Source: a virus. From it: a stretch of 64,000 nt of DNA. Positions within the stretch are counted from its first letter, which is position 1, and every line of letters starts with the position of its first letter. The notes beneath the pieces were generated by a model. It worked only from the letters and a program-made list of their open reading frames with translations. It ran no database searches and had not been told where the DNA came from. The position numbers and the translations under genes are program-made. This document shows, in pieces, positions 18,901 through 28,808 of the stretch. The stretch covers positions 37,710 to 101,709 of IMG/VR virus record IMGVR_UViG_3300034107_000136; one strand, 5' to 3'.

Positions 18901-20580
18901 GCAAATAGAGTACAGACACCAATTGGAAGTGCTGAGTACATTTCAATCTCCCCCACAGATTCAAGCCAGCAGATGAGCATCTCAGGAGGCTCAGGTGGAA
19001 TAGGTGTTATGGTCAATAACACAACAAACAATGGTTATTATTTTGAAATAGCAGCACTAACAAACAACAACATAAGCAGTTATTATGATTCCAATAGAAA
19101 GCAAATAGTTGTCTATCCTGTTGCAGTAGGAGGAATAGCACTTTCTGGATCTGGAAACAGGATAGTAACAGTTACTACATCTGTAAATCATCAGTTTAAG
19201 GTTGGTGAAAAAGTTGTTATGTCTGGTTTTGTTAGATCCCCAGTCAGTTCAGAGGTAAATGGTGAGTTTACAATAACAGCAGTAACAGCAAGAACGCTCA
19301 CCTATGACTCAGGAGTATCAATTCCAGGAGTTCCGACAAGCGGTGGGCAAGCAGAAATCTATATTGACTCTGGTGTAAACATAAACAACCTAATATTTTA
19401 TAAGGTAGTTGAAGGACCAGATCCAGTTACAGGAGTAAGAGGAGCAGCCTACCCAGTCAAACTATGGTCTGGACTTGGAAACATCCTTGTTGACTCAGGA
19501 AGGTTTACAGGACAATATAGAACCGTTGGAGAAAATGCACCAACAGTATATGATCTTGCGGTAGAGTATAAGGATAGTGGAACAATCAGAACCTTCTACT
19601 TATATGTAAATGATAAACAAGTTGCAACAGTAGTAGATAGTGATCCTTTAATAAAAAATAACAACATGTGTGTCTTTGTTCGTGGGTCAACAAAGTGTAT
19701 GTTTGAAAACGTATACGCTTTATCAGAAAACTATGCTCAGAACACTATTGCCACAGCAGTAGATAACATATCGCAAGTGTTTGGAGATACAGAGATAAAC
19801 TCTTCTGAGGCGTTAAGGAAATATGCGGTAAATGGTTTTGTTCAGGCATCGTATTTAAGTGGTATCAGTAGTTATCAGCCACCAAACTTTAATATGTATT
19901 TTGAAGAATTTGGCACAATACTAAGAGAAGCCGCTCATTTTAATATTGAGTATGACAGAGCCTATCCTGCATTATATGCAAAACTTGCTCCAACAATGAA
20001 TAGAATTAAAACATATTCATCTTCTGGATTCTATGCTGGGGCATACGCAGCAGACTTCTTAATCTTTAATTGTTTAGATAAAAATATTAACCTTGACCCA
20101 ACATCGGGAAACTTCCTAAGAATTCAAGGAATAACATTTACTCAAAACACAACTAAAACTTTAACAGTAGATGATTATTTTAATAGAGTGTCAAATCTTG
20201 CTGACCCACAATTTGATTCTGGAAACTTAGTTTATAGTCCATTACATGCAAAAGAACTATACAACAAAGTGAAGGTTAGTAGAACTCGCCACGGCAATCA
20301 AGAGTTTTCTATTGATAGCATGTATATACAAACAGATGCAGCAGCGAATGATACCTTGGGTTGGATTATTAATAGAACGATGGAGCCTAAAAAGAATATT
20401 GGGATGACCACCTTCGGAACCCAAATGATTCAATTAGGAGATTTAGTAAACATATCCTATACAAATCCTGAAGGCATCAATGTTATTGCAGATATAGATA
20501 CAAAGTTTGTCGTCTATAATATTGAATATGGAAGAACTTCAAGCGGGACAAATATGACGTTATATTTGGCTGAGGTGTAG
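15973..20580 (+). CDS. Large minor tail/baseplate hub protein
   Basis: 1535 aa beta-rich; MFFDEYNNF and IQLGDLVNI hub-like motifs. Confidence 0.75.
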   Translation: MFQSDALKDHLQTSYTIENKSLVFAEWNLNQPENIARIGNYRYRPSGGVVDAQFATVPLTYDINDAGGYYTGATDADIVVDGGYDDNGDPISFTTAKDKMQMLYSLEDCFNPFRPRSGINKMIYLGLSGAGYTESQYIANFGSDSATRPRYYLSSKYDQFKYWTSYRTQDGVEYGVSKTMFNGRSYIDDAVPFVVYNENITANRIVIKMQTNVGETNLGDIRVGETTIPDPLYGVANQTTPVRWRVEVLKGTSWIEVASFDENSLRSDGTAIIQSDGYVELAYGLQLPNEYKDIFVYAGEISSFDSLPTSAPNGYAYLLKDNSDDKGIFYIYNEVDSEWVGLDPQYTWDIADNFVSKNSKFVTDLTNPDYFWDQGKKVYRDIEVFKGIRIVVATMNKPNCTFDLIELSPRLSADLTDRVQDFSITRTLSDLGNGKIPVGSLLAGTGQINVNDNDFAFVQNNSFNEITSQGSIVSKYLLTHVKFMFYDVIRNVDSYDYYVPIKTMYSEGLPQSQGNFDQISINLRDAYLILEASPAPSLMLTDISLSAAIMILLDYIGFSNYVFKRIQGVPDPVIPYFFVAPNQNVAEVLTQLAVATQSAMFFDEYNNFVLMTKEYLLPDIGGRDLDITLFGNKVDSMLPNIIQVSSSNKSVNNNGQINYTQRYIQRTYGSTRQSMYSDEFKTWVYTPTLMWEVTGDQTTKAINETATEQSSYSLSAMPLNSNLTADVPTVINNTMTNNILDVGESIYYIARYNGFFYANGEIIKYDAVEYSITGQATPLWINNVQEYQNYFLNIPFNGKMYPTGKIRIYSEPEYIVVGGVTVMSPGPAKIHGRGQFGTTITNHDAGINTYWTDSNNVYGCQQQGNYIYSADQVVNYPLGLEKNTAAGISNAKARESSRNGIIKNTTSQVYWTERQVNEFTTAQSGTVQSSALVFTGPNFDTGVSPRDYVSYIHKPLDNAYKHFGTRMRIIGKIEAGANRVQTPIGSAEYISISPTDSSQQMSISGGSGGIGVMVNNTTNNGYYFEIAALTNNNISSYYDSNRKQIVVYPVAVGGIALSGSGNRIVTVTTSVNHQFKVGEKVVMSGFVRSPVSSEVNGEFTITAVTARTLTYDSGVSIPGVPTSGGQAEIYIDSGVNINNLIFYKVVEGPDPVTGVRGAAYPVKLWSGLGNILVDSGRFTGQYRTVGENAPTVYDLAVEYKDSGTIRTFYLYVNDKQVATVVDSDPLIKNNNMCVFVRGSTKCMFENVYALSENYAQNTIATAVDNISQVFGDTEINSSEALRKYAVNGFVQASYLSGISSYQPPNFNMYFEEFGTILREAAHFNIEYDRAYPALYAKLAPTMNRIKTYSSSGFYAGAYAADFLIFNCLDKNINLDPTSGNFLRIQGITFTQNTTKTLTVDDYFNRVSNLADPQFDSGNLVYSPLHAKELYNKVKVSRTRHGNQEFSIDSMYIQTDAAANDTLGWIINRTMEPKKNIGMTTFGTQMIQLGDLVNISYTNPEGINVIADIDTKFVVYNIEYGRTSSGTNMTLYLAEV

Positions 20581-20581
20581 T

Positions 20582-21337
20582 ATGGCTCAATCAAATGCAG
20601 AAAAAGCAATTGAACGGATGAGACTTGCTCAAGAGGCTACAAATGCAGGTAATTTTGCAGCCGCCGAAGCATATGCTGCTGCTGCTGCAAAACAAGCAGC
20701 CAAGGCTCCAGCAACTGTTCAACAAGCAGTATATAACCATACCGCTCAAATAATGCAAACTTTATCACAAACTCCAACAACACCAGCAACACCAACCCCC
20801 AAGGGTCCAGACTCTGGAGGCGGTGGAGGCGGTGGAGGCGGTGGAGGCGGTGGAGGCGGTGGAGGCGGTGGAGGTTCTTCAGCACCAGCATCTACACCGC
20901 CAGCGCCCGTAATTCCACCACCAGCAGCAACCACTTACGCAGTAAAACAGCCAGCCCCAAGCCTAGTCACATACAATGCAGAAACTTTGCCACAAGAACT
21001 TATTGTTGATTTGCTATTTGAGGATGTCGGTGGAACAGAGTTAATTAATGTTTCTAGGCATGATACCATTAATGGTCAAAACGTAGTCTATTCATTAGTA
21101 AGCAACCTATCTATATTAAATAGATCATTCAATCCAAATAACATTCTTGCTGGACAGATGTCATACTCTCAATTTTCTGAATACTCACTAGACATTGCAT
21201 CAAAACTAGTTGGTATTTCATTAGACGCAGGCGGTAACCTTGTTATTGAATTTTCATCAATAGGAAACGATGAGTATGCAGAGATAGAATTATCTAGCGA
21301 TGGTACAATATATAGGATTGGAGTGGTCATACCTTGA
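20582..21337 (+). CDS. Minor tail protein with poly-Gly/Pro linker
   Basis: Tail module position; 20-Gly tract. Confidence 0.55.
   Translation: MAQSNAEKAIERMRLAQEATNAGNFAAAEAYAAAAAKQAAKAPATVQQAVYNHTAQIMQTLSQTPTTPATPTPKGPDSGGGGGGGGGGGGGGGGGGGGSSAPASTPPAPVIPPPAATTYAVKQPAPSLVTYNAETLPQELIVDLLFEDVGGTELINVSRHDTINGQNVVYSLVSNLSILNRSFNPNNILAGQMSYSQFSEYSLDIASKLVGISLDAGGNLVIEFSSIGNDEYAEIELSSDGTIYRIGVVIP
20816..20875 (+). repeat. (GGAGGCGGT)x6 + GGAGGT tandem repeat encoding Gly20
   Basis: Direct reading. Confidence 0.95.
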
Positions 21338-22470
21338 TTACAAATAACGGAAAAGAAATTATTGCTAAGTTTTTGCTTGGTCAAGCACCTGCATATGCAA
21401 CCCACATTGCATTAGGTTGTGGAGCAAAGCCAAACTCTGTGGGAGACTTTTCTGCTAAAGAGGTTATGGATTTTGAAATGATCAGGGTTCCAATTTCTTC
21501 AAGAGGATTTGTTGACGTGGGCGGCATAACAAAGTTAGCATTGTCAGCAGAAATGCCAACAGAATCTCGTTATGAGATATCTGAAGTTGCCCTATGGTCA
21601 GCAGCATCAAACAGCGCAGTCACAAACTCTGATAGCCGTATACTTTTTAGTTTTGATTCAAGCGAAGGGTGGAGACTTCATAAGACGGAATCTCCTGGAT
21701 TTACTGGGCCAATTCCAGAATTCACTGCATCTCTTGATGGTGGAGATGACACAAACGATATCAATCTTCCTGTCGTTGCTGGCGATGCTATCTTTGCAAC
21801 CACAGCAGACAACGAAACACTTCTTAGTTCAATCAGAAAAGATAGGCAAGAAGGTTCGCGGTTCCTTAATCACACCATCTTTTTAAGAGGAGACACCTCT
21901 GACATAAACTCGTCATTTGTTATCTCTGACGGAAGTGTTGGAAATTCATCCCACATCCATTTAGACGGAAGAAACATCAACTTATCTAAAAATAGTCCAG
22001 ACGATGAAATAAAGATCGCATTATCAATAGTTCCTCAACAAGAAAGTAATATTGTTATTCCAGATTCAACGAGGGTCGTCATTGAATTTCTTCAATCAGA
22101 AATAAATCCAACAGTTGGATATGCTCGTCTCACTCACGAAGTATTAAATACAGACTTAGAAGCAGACAATAGGTATGCCGTAATTACTAAAAAACTTAAA
22201 GATCTTGAAACATCTCCAGAATTTTCATGGACAGACGTAAGAATGATTAGAATATACACGTCAATACATAAGGATACAGGTGACGTTAATCCAAGCGATG
22301 AGTACTACGTTGTATTAGATGCAATGAGATTTGAAAACCTTAATTCTCCAAACCCGCTGTATGTAATGTCTGGGTATTCAGTTGTTGACACCACGCTACA
22401 AAGACCAATTGTAAAAATAGCAAACACTAGTAACTATATAGAGTTTAGGCTTTCCGTGGGAGTTGGGTAA
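21334..22470 (+). CDS. Minor tail/baseplate protein
   Basis: MITNNGKEIIAK...HIALGCG and ISEVAL N-terminal motif typical of tail/baseplate proteins. Confidence 0.65.
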   Translation: MITNNGKEIIAKFLLGQAPAYATHIALGCGAKPNSVGDFSAKEVMDFEMIRVPISSRGFVDVGGITKLALSAEMPTESRYEISEVALWSAASNSAVTNSDSRILFSFDSSEGWRLHKTESPGFTGPIPEFTASLDGGDDTNDINLPVVAGDAIFATTADNETLLSSIRKDRQEGSRFLNHTIFLRGDTSDINSSFVISDGSVGNSSHIHLDGRNINLSKNSPDDEIKIALSIVPQQESNIVIPDSTRVVIEFLQSEINPTVGYARLTHEVLNTDLEADNRYAVITKKLKDLETSPEFSWTDVRMIRIYTSIHKDTGDVNPSDEYYVVLDAMRFENLNSPNPLYVMSGYSVVDTTLQRPIVKIANTSNYIEFRLSVGVG

Positions 22471-22907
22471 TGCCAAAGATAATAATAAGAAAAGAAGAAC
22501 TTCCCCCCATCAGTACAGATGATACTGGATACAACGTTCGTGTAAGATTGATATCTCAAGACAGAAACAGATCATCCTTTTGGACTCCATTGGTTACAAT
22601 CATCTCCCCTCAAGTAACTGAAATTCCATACATTACTCACATAGTCAATACTGGTTCTGGAAAAACAATAAATGTTGTTTGGGATGATAATCAAAATAAT
22701 AAAGAATACGATATTTATGTAAAGTGGTATATGACTAATGGAGATCCATCAGCAATTTGGGAGTACAAAGGATCGACACTATCAAATACCTATACTTTAA
22801 TAGATCCATCAGCCCATTCATATCAAGTAAGCGTACAGAGGCTGACCTATCCAAAACAATATTCTTCAAGGTATTCTCTGTTTACATCACCAATACAGAA
22901 CGTTTGA
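22470..22907 (+). CDS. Putative minor tail protein (FN3-like)
   Basis: Beta-rich; YNVRVR..S.W pattern; synteny. Confidence 0.45.
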   Translation: MPKIIIRKEELPPISTDDTGYNVRVRLISQDRNRSSFWTPLVTIISPQVTEIPYITHIVNTGSGKTINVVWDDNQNNKEYDIYVKWYMTNGDPSAIWEYKGSTLSNTYTLIDPSAHSYQVSVQRLTYPKQYSSRYSLFTSPIQNV

Positions 22908-22919
22908 TATACTTAACCT

Positions 22920-23363
22920 ATGGCAATAGTTAGAGTCCCAGAAAGAGGGACGCCCCTAGATGTAACATACCTATATGATTTAGCAAACGCTATCAATAAC
23001 GTATCTAATTCGGTATCCTCAGCAACATATAATTACACTACAGTAAAAACTAGAGAAGCATCAGATCAAAGCATAAAAACTAGTGAGTCTAGGATTATTG
23101 CAGCGTATGTAGATGTAGTAAATAATGAAAACATGTTGGCAGGAACAACAAGATCATTCAGTTATGATTACCCATCAGACTTTAGATACGCACCAATCGC
23201 CACAGCAAGTCCTGTAAATACTGGACGGACGGCAGTTGGAAACGATGTCACTATTGTTTTAAATTCAATAACAACTTCCAGAGTAGAAGGAGAAATTAAA
23301 TTTGCTTCTACTGGAACGATGAGTGTAAGCATAAACTTAATCATTATTGGAATACCAACGTGA
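22920..23363 (+). CDS. Putative tail tip/fibre-associated protein
   Basis: F..APIATAS...NLIIIG H-lectin/gp53-like C-terminus; leaderless promoter. Confidence 0.45.
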   Translation: MAIVRVPERGTPLDVTYLYDLANAINNVSNSVSSATYNYTTVKTREASDQSIKTSESRIIAAYVDVVNNENMLAGTTRSFSYDYPSDFRYAPIATASPVNTGRTAVGNDVTIVLNSITTSRVEGEIKFASTGTMSVSINLIIIGIPT

Positions 23364-23378
23364 TATACTTCTTTCATT

Positions 23379-23570
23379 ATGCTTACTTGTAAAAAATGTA
23401 GTGGAAGAATGTTTATTGATAGAGCATTCTCTGAACACAATCATATGGAAACTTTCTGTATAAGATGCGGAACAAGAGTGTTTTATCATAACTTTGATCA
23501 ATCAAATGGAGAAATCTCATGGCTATGGAACATGGAGAAGATGAGAATGAAAGATCATATATCCAAGTAA
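23379..23570 (+). CDS. Small zinc-ribbon protein
   Basis: CKKC...CIRC. Confidence 0.6.
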   Translation: MLTCKKCSGRMFIDRAFSEHNHMETFCIRCGTRVFYHNFDQSNGEISWLWNMEKMRMKDHISK

Positions 23571-24061
23571 TACATAGAAAAAATAAAAAGGCTTGGTTCC
23601 TTGATGGAGATCTGGTAAGAATAATTCATGTCAGTCGTGCTCAAGGAATTGTTATACTTTGGAACTGTACAAAGTCTTTACAGATGACTGCCACTCTGGT
23701 AGAATTTAAAAGAAAGAGAAAAAGAGCCTTTACAGTAGCAGAAACAGCAAGACTTCTTAACTATCACAGAAAGAGTATTCCCAGACTAGTTAAAGCGGGA
23801 ATGCTTCCTCCTCCCATAGGACAACTGCCAGATGGCAGAACAGCATTTCATCATCTCAGTTATTATAGTGAAGATCATATCTGGGAAGCAAGAAATCTTA
23901 TGGCTCAGACCCATATGGGCAGGGCAAGAAAAGATGGAATGATAACAAATAATAAAACCCCAACAGAACAAGAACTCAAGTATGCAATGGGTGAGGGTCT
24001 TATTTATTATGTAAAGAATAATGAAGGAAGATTTATTCCTGTATTTAGTGAGACTGTCTAG
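23519..24061 (+). CDS. HTH (MerR/excisionase-like) DNA-binding protein
   Basis: FTVAETARLLNYHRKSIPRLVKAGMLP. Confidence 0.7.
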   Translation: MAMEHGEDENERSYIQVIHRKNKKAWFLDGDLVRIIHVSRAQGIVILWNCTKSLQMTATLVEFKRKRKRAFTVAETARLLNYHRKSIPRLVKAGMLPPPIGQLPDGRTAFHHLSYYSEDHIWEARNLMAQTHMGRARKDGMITNNKTPTEQELKYAMGEGLIYYVKNNEGRFIPVFSETV

Positions 24062-24064
24062 GTC

Positions 24065-24093
24065 TTGACTACTTACTATTAATCCAATATTAT
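24065..24093 (+). promoter_or_regulatory. Sigma70-type promoter for replication module
   Basis: TTGACT-17-TATTAT. Confidence 0.6.
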
Positions 24094-24120
24094 AGGTCCA
24101 TCAACTAGGAAAGGCTTTAC

Positions 24121-24318
24121 ATGGAAGAAACCAGAATTGCTTGGTCACTCGGTTATACTTTTAATACCGGCAATTTTCAAAACCTTCGTCTTGACTGTCA
24201 AGTGACAGATTACAAGCACGATGATGAAACAGCCAAGGAAGCATCTGATCGTATTTATCAGTTTGTAGAAAATCAACTAATGGAAAAACTCAACGAGGCA
24301 AAGGAAGAACTAGCATGA
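24121..24318 (+). CDS. Hypothetical protein
   Basis: LGYTFNTGNFQNLRLD motif common in actinophages. Confidence 0.6.
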   Translation: MEETRIAWSLGYTFNTGNFQNLRLDCQVTDYKHDDETAKEASDRIYQFVENQLMEKLNEAKEELA

Positions 24319-24518
24319 TCAATGATCATAGTGGACGATATGAAGCAAGAAACGAAAATCCAATCGTGCTTTGTTCCTATGGAGAGAGTCCAGCAGATGC
24401 CTTTAAGCAAATGGCTAAGTTACTAAAGAAGAGCGATCTTGTTAGCGACTTTGCAAGTGTTAATGCCGTAAACACTTCGTTTGAAGAAGGAATTCATTAC
24501 GTTACCGTCTATATTTAA
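24315..24518 (+). CDS. Hypothetical protein
   Basis: Coupled ORF with SD. Confidence 0.5.
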   Translation: MINDHSGRYEARNENPIVLCSYGESPADAFKQMAKLLKKSDLVSDFASVNAVNTSFEEGIHYVTVYI

Positions 24519-24526
24519 GGAGAGTC

Positions 24527-24835
24527 ATGGCTGATCGCAAGGATAGGTTTGCACTTATCACTAGGTTCGAAAGGTCATGCAAGATGAAAGGCATGTCTGC
24601 GCCCACTATCAATAAGTACAATGAGCAGTGGGCAGCAGACGCCCTCTTGGAATCTTTTGATATAGATGAGTTGTACAGGGCAATGGAATACTATTTTAGT
24701 ATTCAGGAACGTCCCACATGGAAGGCATTTGCCAATAACGCTGGCCGCCTGCTAGAATCCATGAAGGCAAGTAAAGAAGACAGAGAATTTCGGGCAGAAA
24801 TGCGACAGAAGGCAAAGGAATGGGTGAATGGCTAA
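24527..24835 (+). CDS. Hypothetical protein, possible helicase loader
   Basis: Immediately upstream of DnaB. Confidence 0.45.
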   Translation: MADRKDRFALITRFERSCKMKGMSAPTINKYNEQWAADALLESFDIDELYRAMEYYFSIQERPTWKAFANNAGRLLESMKASKEDREFRAEMRQKAKEWVNG

Positions 24836-26042
24836 TCTAGAGGCAAAGACAATATCAGCAGTCTTGAATGACAAGCAGGTTCACATTCTGCTACAGGCTA
24901 ACATTGATACGATTCTTAGGACACACAACGATGTGTGGGGATTCGTAAGAAACTACTATGAGCAGAATCAGACTGTTCCTCCTGCAAACATTGTGAAGCA
25001 GCAGTTTGCTGATTTTGAGTACACCTCTGATACTGGTAGCACCAAGCATCATCTTGATGAATTGCGTACCGACTTTCTTAATGACAATATTAAGATAATG
25101 CTTCGCTCTGCTGCAAATGAGGTTCAAGATGGAAAGGCAACGGATGCCCTCAACACTCTTGTTACCGAAACAGCAAACCTAAAGCGCATCACATCAACAG
25201 TGCGAGATCTTGATGTTTCAAACGTTGATGATGCTGTAGCATACTTTGAGAATATCAAGAGGCTACAGGAAAGCGGTATGCATGGAATCTACACAGGACT
25301 TGCAGGATTTGACAACTATATGCCAGCGGGAATTACCCCCGGACAGTTTGGCGTCCTTCTTGCTTACCCTGCTATTGGTAAGTCTTGGATGGCCTTGTAC
25401 CTTGCTGTACAGGCATGGAAGCACGGCAAGTCACCACTGATCATCAGCCTTGAAATGACGGAGGCAGAAGTTCGTAATAGATTATTTGCAATTATTGGCA
25501 ACGGTATGTGGAGTCATCGTAAACTATCATCTGGAAACGTAGAGATTGATATGTTTAAGAAGTGGATGAGCAAGACCTTTGATGGCAAGCCAAGCATTCA
25601 TATTATTTCCAACGAGGGAATTGGAGAGGTTTCTCCATCAGTACTTCGTGGAAAGATTGATCAGTACAACCCATCTATCGTGTTTGTTGACTACTTGAAC
25701 CTTATGACTTCTAATACTCGTACTGAGAGTGAAGTTGTCAAGATGAAGAATCTTTCGCGGGAACTGAAGTTGCTTGCAATTAGCGAGGAAGTTCCAATCG
25801 TAGCCATCTCATCTGCAACACCAGATGACGTAACAGACATGAATAGTGTTCCTACTCTTGGTCAGACTTCATGGTCACGACAGATTGCCTATGATGCTGA
25901 TTGGTTACTAGCCCTAGGACGTGCAGCCAACAGTGATGTGTTGGAGTGCGTATTTAGGAAGAATCGTAATGGCTTTCTTGGAGAGTTTATGGTTCAGGTA
26001 GACTTCGATAGTGGTCGATTTATCTATAAGGATTTTGAGTAA
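24828..26042 (+). CDS. dnaB: DnaB-like replicative helicase
   Basis: Walker A AYPAIGKS, SLEM, VDYLNLM, SRELKLLA, IAYDAD, KNRNG. Confidence 0.93.
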   Translation: MANLEAKTISAVLNDKQVHILLQANIDTILRTHNDVWGFVRNYYEQNQTVPPANIVKQQFADFEYTSDTGSTKHHLDELRTDFLNDNIKIMLRSAANEVQDGKATDALNTLVTETANLKRITSTVRDLDVSNVDDAVAYFENIKRLQESGMHGIYTGLAGFDNYMPAGITPGQFGVLLAYPAIGKSWMALYLAVQAWKHGKSPLIISLEMTEAEVRNRLFAIIGNGMWSHRKLSSGNVEIDMFKKWMSKTFDGKPSIHIISNEGIGEVSPSVLRGKIDQYNPSIVFVDYLNLMTSNTRTESEVVKMKNLSRELKLLAISEEVPIVAISSATPDDVTDMNSVPTLGQTSWSRQIAYDADWLLALGRAANSDVLECVFRKNRNGFLGEFMVQVDFDSGRFIYKDFE

Positions 26043-26060
26043 ATAGTGTATAATTAGTCT

Positions 26061-26345
26061 ATGCCAATTACACATAATCTTATATCACTAAACAATACAA
26101 CTGCAATACCAGTCTCTGTTACGGGTAATCATGCTGGAAGAGATATCACTATTCAAAATGTATCTAGTTCTGCAATTGTCTACCTTGGAGCAGAGGGTGT
26201 AACCACCACTAATTATGGATATAAAATTGCCCCAAATACTGCGTGGTCTGTAGAACTAAGGGGTGGAGATGTTTTGTATGCAATATCATCTACTACATCA
26301 GACGTAGCAGTAATACAACTTGGATTAGAGAGTATGAATATCTAA
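26061..26345 (+). CDS. Small beta-rich virion-type protein
   Basis: IQN.S...VYLG..GVT...G motif; leaderless promoter. Confidence 0.5.
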   Translation: MPITHNLISLNNTTAIPVSVTGNHAGRDITIQNVSSSAIVYLGAEGVTTTNYGYKIAPNTAWSVELRGGDVLYAISSTTSDVAVIQLGLESMNI

Positions 26346-27571
26346 TGGCTAGATTTTATAATTCAGGTGGTGGAGCAGGCGGCGATGTATCTTTTACTGG
26401 AGAGGGCTGCATAGTATTCCCAAACGATGGTGAAGTTTGCAATGTGCCGAATAGTTCAGGGGATGGTGCTGGATACTCTACAATACAGATAAATCCAGAT
26501 ACCACTACCAATGATAATAGATATATCATTATTGATCCTACCGCGCCAAACCATATTCATATCCGTGCTGGTGGAACACAAGACGGTTCTAGTGCAGATC
26601 TATTCCTTGGTGGAGAAAGAAACAATGTTCATGTTTCTGATGGTGGAAGAGATGTGGTCATTAATACAAGACCAGCCACAGTTATCAACACTTATACAAA
26701 TCTAAACCCAACAGGTAACACCTCCTTTGTAGTAAGCAATACAGCAAATATTTATGTAGGAGATACAGCATATTATGCAGGTGGCGGTGATACAGTCACT
26801 GTTGACTCAGTTACACAAGACTTACCAAGTGCTGGGTTACAAACTATTACAGCAAACATAAATGGAACCCCAGCAATATTTGTTGGAGGTGCAGCCCATA
26901 TATTTAGTCATGAAGAATCATGGAACAACAGTTGGTTATTTAATGACTCTGGTGTTTTATCTGGCCCAGCAATGGGATCAGTCGCGGTAAATGGAATTTA
27001 TAACAACTTTACTGATGACCTATACATAGGTAGTTCAGAGTCAATTCAAATAAGTGGTACTGGAGGAGAATTCCTTAACGACTCCTCTATTCCATCAAAT
27101 CAGATTGCAACCATTGGAGATGTTGCAAGCAGCACTGTAAGGTACTCTCCAACCTTTACCGCCACTGGTCTAGCATTTACAGGCAGCGGAGTTACATACC
27201 CAACATATAACTCTTACTATACAAAAGCAGGAAAGATAGTTAGTTTTGTTATTGAACTTGACTTTACCACTGTCACTAACTTTGGTACTGGTCAATACAA
27301 ACTGCAACTCCCCTTTACACCTGCTTTTGGATTTAATCATTTTTCTGGCTGGATATGGGCTGATCCCAATGTCGATCCCGATACTGGCACTGGTCACACA
27401 ATTCTTAATGCTGATACAGCAGGAGTTACCGATGTTTTAGACCTACATTACCTTAAGCAATCAGGCGGGGCTAACTCACCAATTAGAGAAGGATTGTTCT
27501 TACAAGGACTCCCTGTAACTCTAACTAGTATCAGTAAGGTCTATGTTAACGGTACTTATATCTCTGCTTAA
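26345..27571 (+). CDS. Tail fibre/receptor-binding-like protein
   Basis: Gly/Thr/Ser-rich; IATIGDV, YSPTFT, Y.K.GKIV, LPF, NGTY motifs; likely ATG at 26345. Confidence 0.6.
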   Translation: MARFYNSGGGAGGDVSFTGEGCIVFPNDGEVCNVPNSSGDGAGYSTIQINPDTTTNDNRYIIIDPTAPNHIHIRAGGTQDGSSADLFLGGERNNVHVSDGGRDVVINTRPATVINTYTNLNPTGNTSFVVSNTANIYVGDTAYYAGGGDTVTVDSVTQDLPSAGLQTITANINGTPAIFVGGAAHIFSHEESWNNSWLFNDSGVLSGPAMGSVAVNGIYNNFTDDLYIGSSESIQISGTGGEFLNDSSIPSNQIATIGDVASSTVRYSPTFTATGLAFTGSGVTYPTYNSYYTKAGKIVSFVIELDFTTVTNFGTGQYKLQLPFTPAFGFNHFSGWIWADPNVDPDTGTGHTILNADTAGVTDVLDLHYLKQSGGANSPIREGLFLQGLPVTLTSISKVYVNGTYISA

Positions 27572-27603
27572 TTCAATTAACTATAGACTGATATAATTTA
27601 ATC

Positions 27604-27921
27604 ATGGTATTTCTTCATAAGAGAATAAAAAGATTTGAACTTGTTGGACAAATAGCCGACGATTCTTTTATCTTACGCATGAAGGAGCAGTACATAAAGT
27701 TGTTATCAGAGTCAATGAAAGATGAAGGATACGTTCAGCGTATTGACATTGACCCAGATTGGTCTGTATCATATGAGGACAACCATTACGAATTTATATT
27801 AAGCGTATACGGATCATATATTGGAAAGAGGGAAGCCGCATGTATCGACGGTTTAGACAAGAACCGACCTCTCTATACTCCCCAGAACAAGTTAAGCGAG
27901 TCATTCAAAACTCAGGTATAG
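27604..27921 (+). CDS. Hypothetical protein
   Basis: ORF with leaderless promoter TGATATAAT-6nt-ATG. Confidence 0.6.
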   Translation: MVFLHKRIKRFELVGQIADDSFILRMKEQYIKLLSESMKDEGYVQRIDIDPDWSVSYEDNHYEFILSVYGSYIGKREAACIDGLDKNRPLYTPQNKLSESFKTQV

Positions 27922-28784
27922 AAGTAGTAGGAGAAGTTCCTAATGGATGGATTATGTTCTGTCCATTTCATAATAACTACCGCACTCCCGCAGGGGAAAT
28001 GGATAAGCATGGTGGACATTTCTACTGCTTCTCATGTAGTACATCAATCAGTCTTATTGACTTTGTAATCAATCTTACCAAAAAGACTTACTTTGAATCT
28101 GTTCGATTCATTAAATCTTTTGAGGTTGATAGTAGCATTGTTGATAGCCTTGACATTGCTCTTGAGACAAGGGTGGAGTTTGAGCCATTTGATGAACTCA
28201 TGATTAAGAGACTAAACAATCAAGCATTGGAATCTCCTAGGGCGGTTCGTTACTTTGAGTTTAGAAGTATAACCAAAGACAGCATGATAAAGTTTTCACT
28301 AGGGTATAGTGAGAAGCAGGACATGGTTACTGTTCCGATTACAACTCCAGATGGTAACATGTTCGTTGGGTTCGTCGGTCGTTCTGTGGAGGGTAAAGAT
28401 TTTAAGAATACCCCTAAACTTCCAAAGTCAAAGATTCTTTTCAACTTGCATAGGGCAAGATTACATGATACAGTATATGTAGTTGAATCTTCTTTTGATG
28501 CAATTCGTTTAGATCAATGCAACATTGCGGCGGTAGCAACTTTGGGTTCTAGTATATCTAAAACTCAGATTGACCTATTGACGAAACACTTTAACAATGT
28601 TATACTTATTCCTGACAACGATGATGCTGGTAAAGAGATGGTACGTCGTGTCATTGATGGTATGGGGCACAGAGCAGTATCAATTGGAATTCCCCAAAGA
28701 TTCAAGGATATCGGAGACATGACAGACTCCGATATCGGAGAGTTAGTTAAGAAAACGCAAGACCCACTATTAGCAATGTATTAA
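27840..28784 (+). CDS. DNA primase (CHC2 zinc finger + TOPRIM)
   Basis: CPFH...CFSC; VVESSFDA; PDNDDAG; KDIGD. Confidence 0.92.
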   Translation: MYRRFRQEPTSLYSPEQVKRVIQNSGIEVVGEVPNGWIMFCPFHNNYRTPAGEMDKHGGHFYCFSCSTSISLIDFVINLTKKTYFESVRFIKSFEVDSSIVDSLDIALETRVEFEPFDELMIKRLNNQALESPRAVRYFEFRSITKDSMIKFSLGYSEKQDMVTVPITTPDGNMFVGFVGRSVEGKDFKNTPKLPKSKILFNLHRARLHDTVYVVESSFDAIRLDQCNIAAVATLGSSISKTQIDLLTKHFNNVILIPDNDDAGKEMVRRVIDGMGHRAVSIGIPQRFKDIGDMTDSDIGELVKKTQDPLLAMY

Positions 28785-28808
28785 TCAACTATATAAGGAG
28801 CGTATTAA

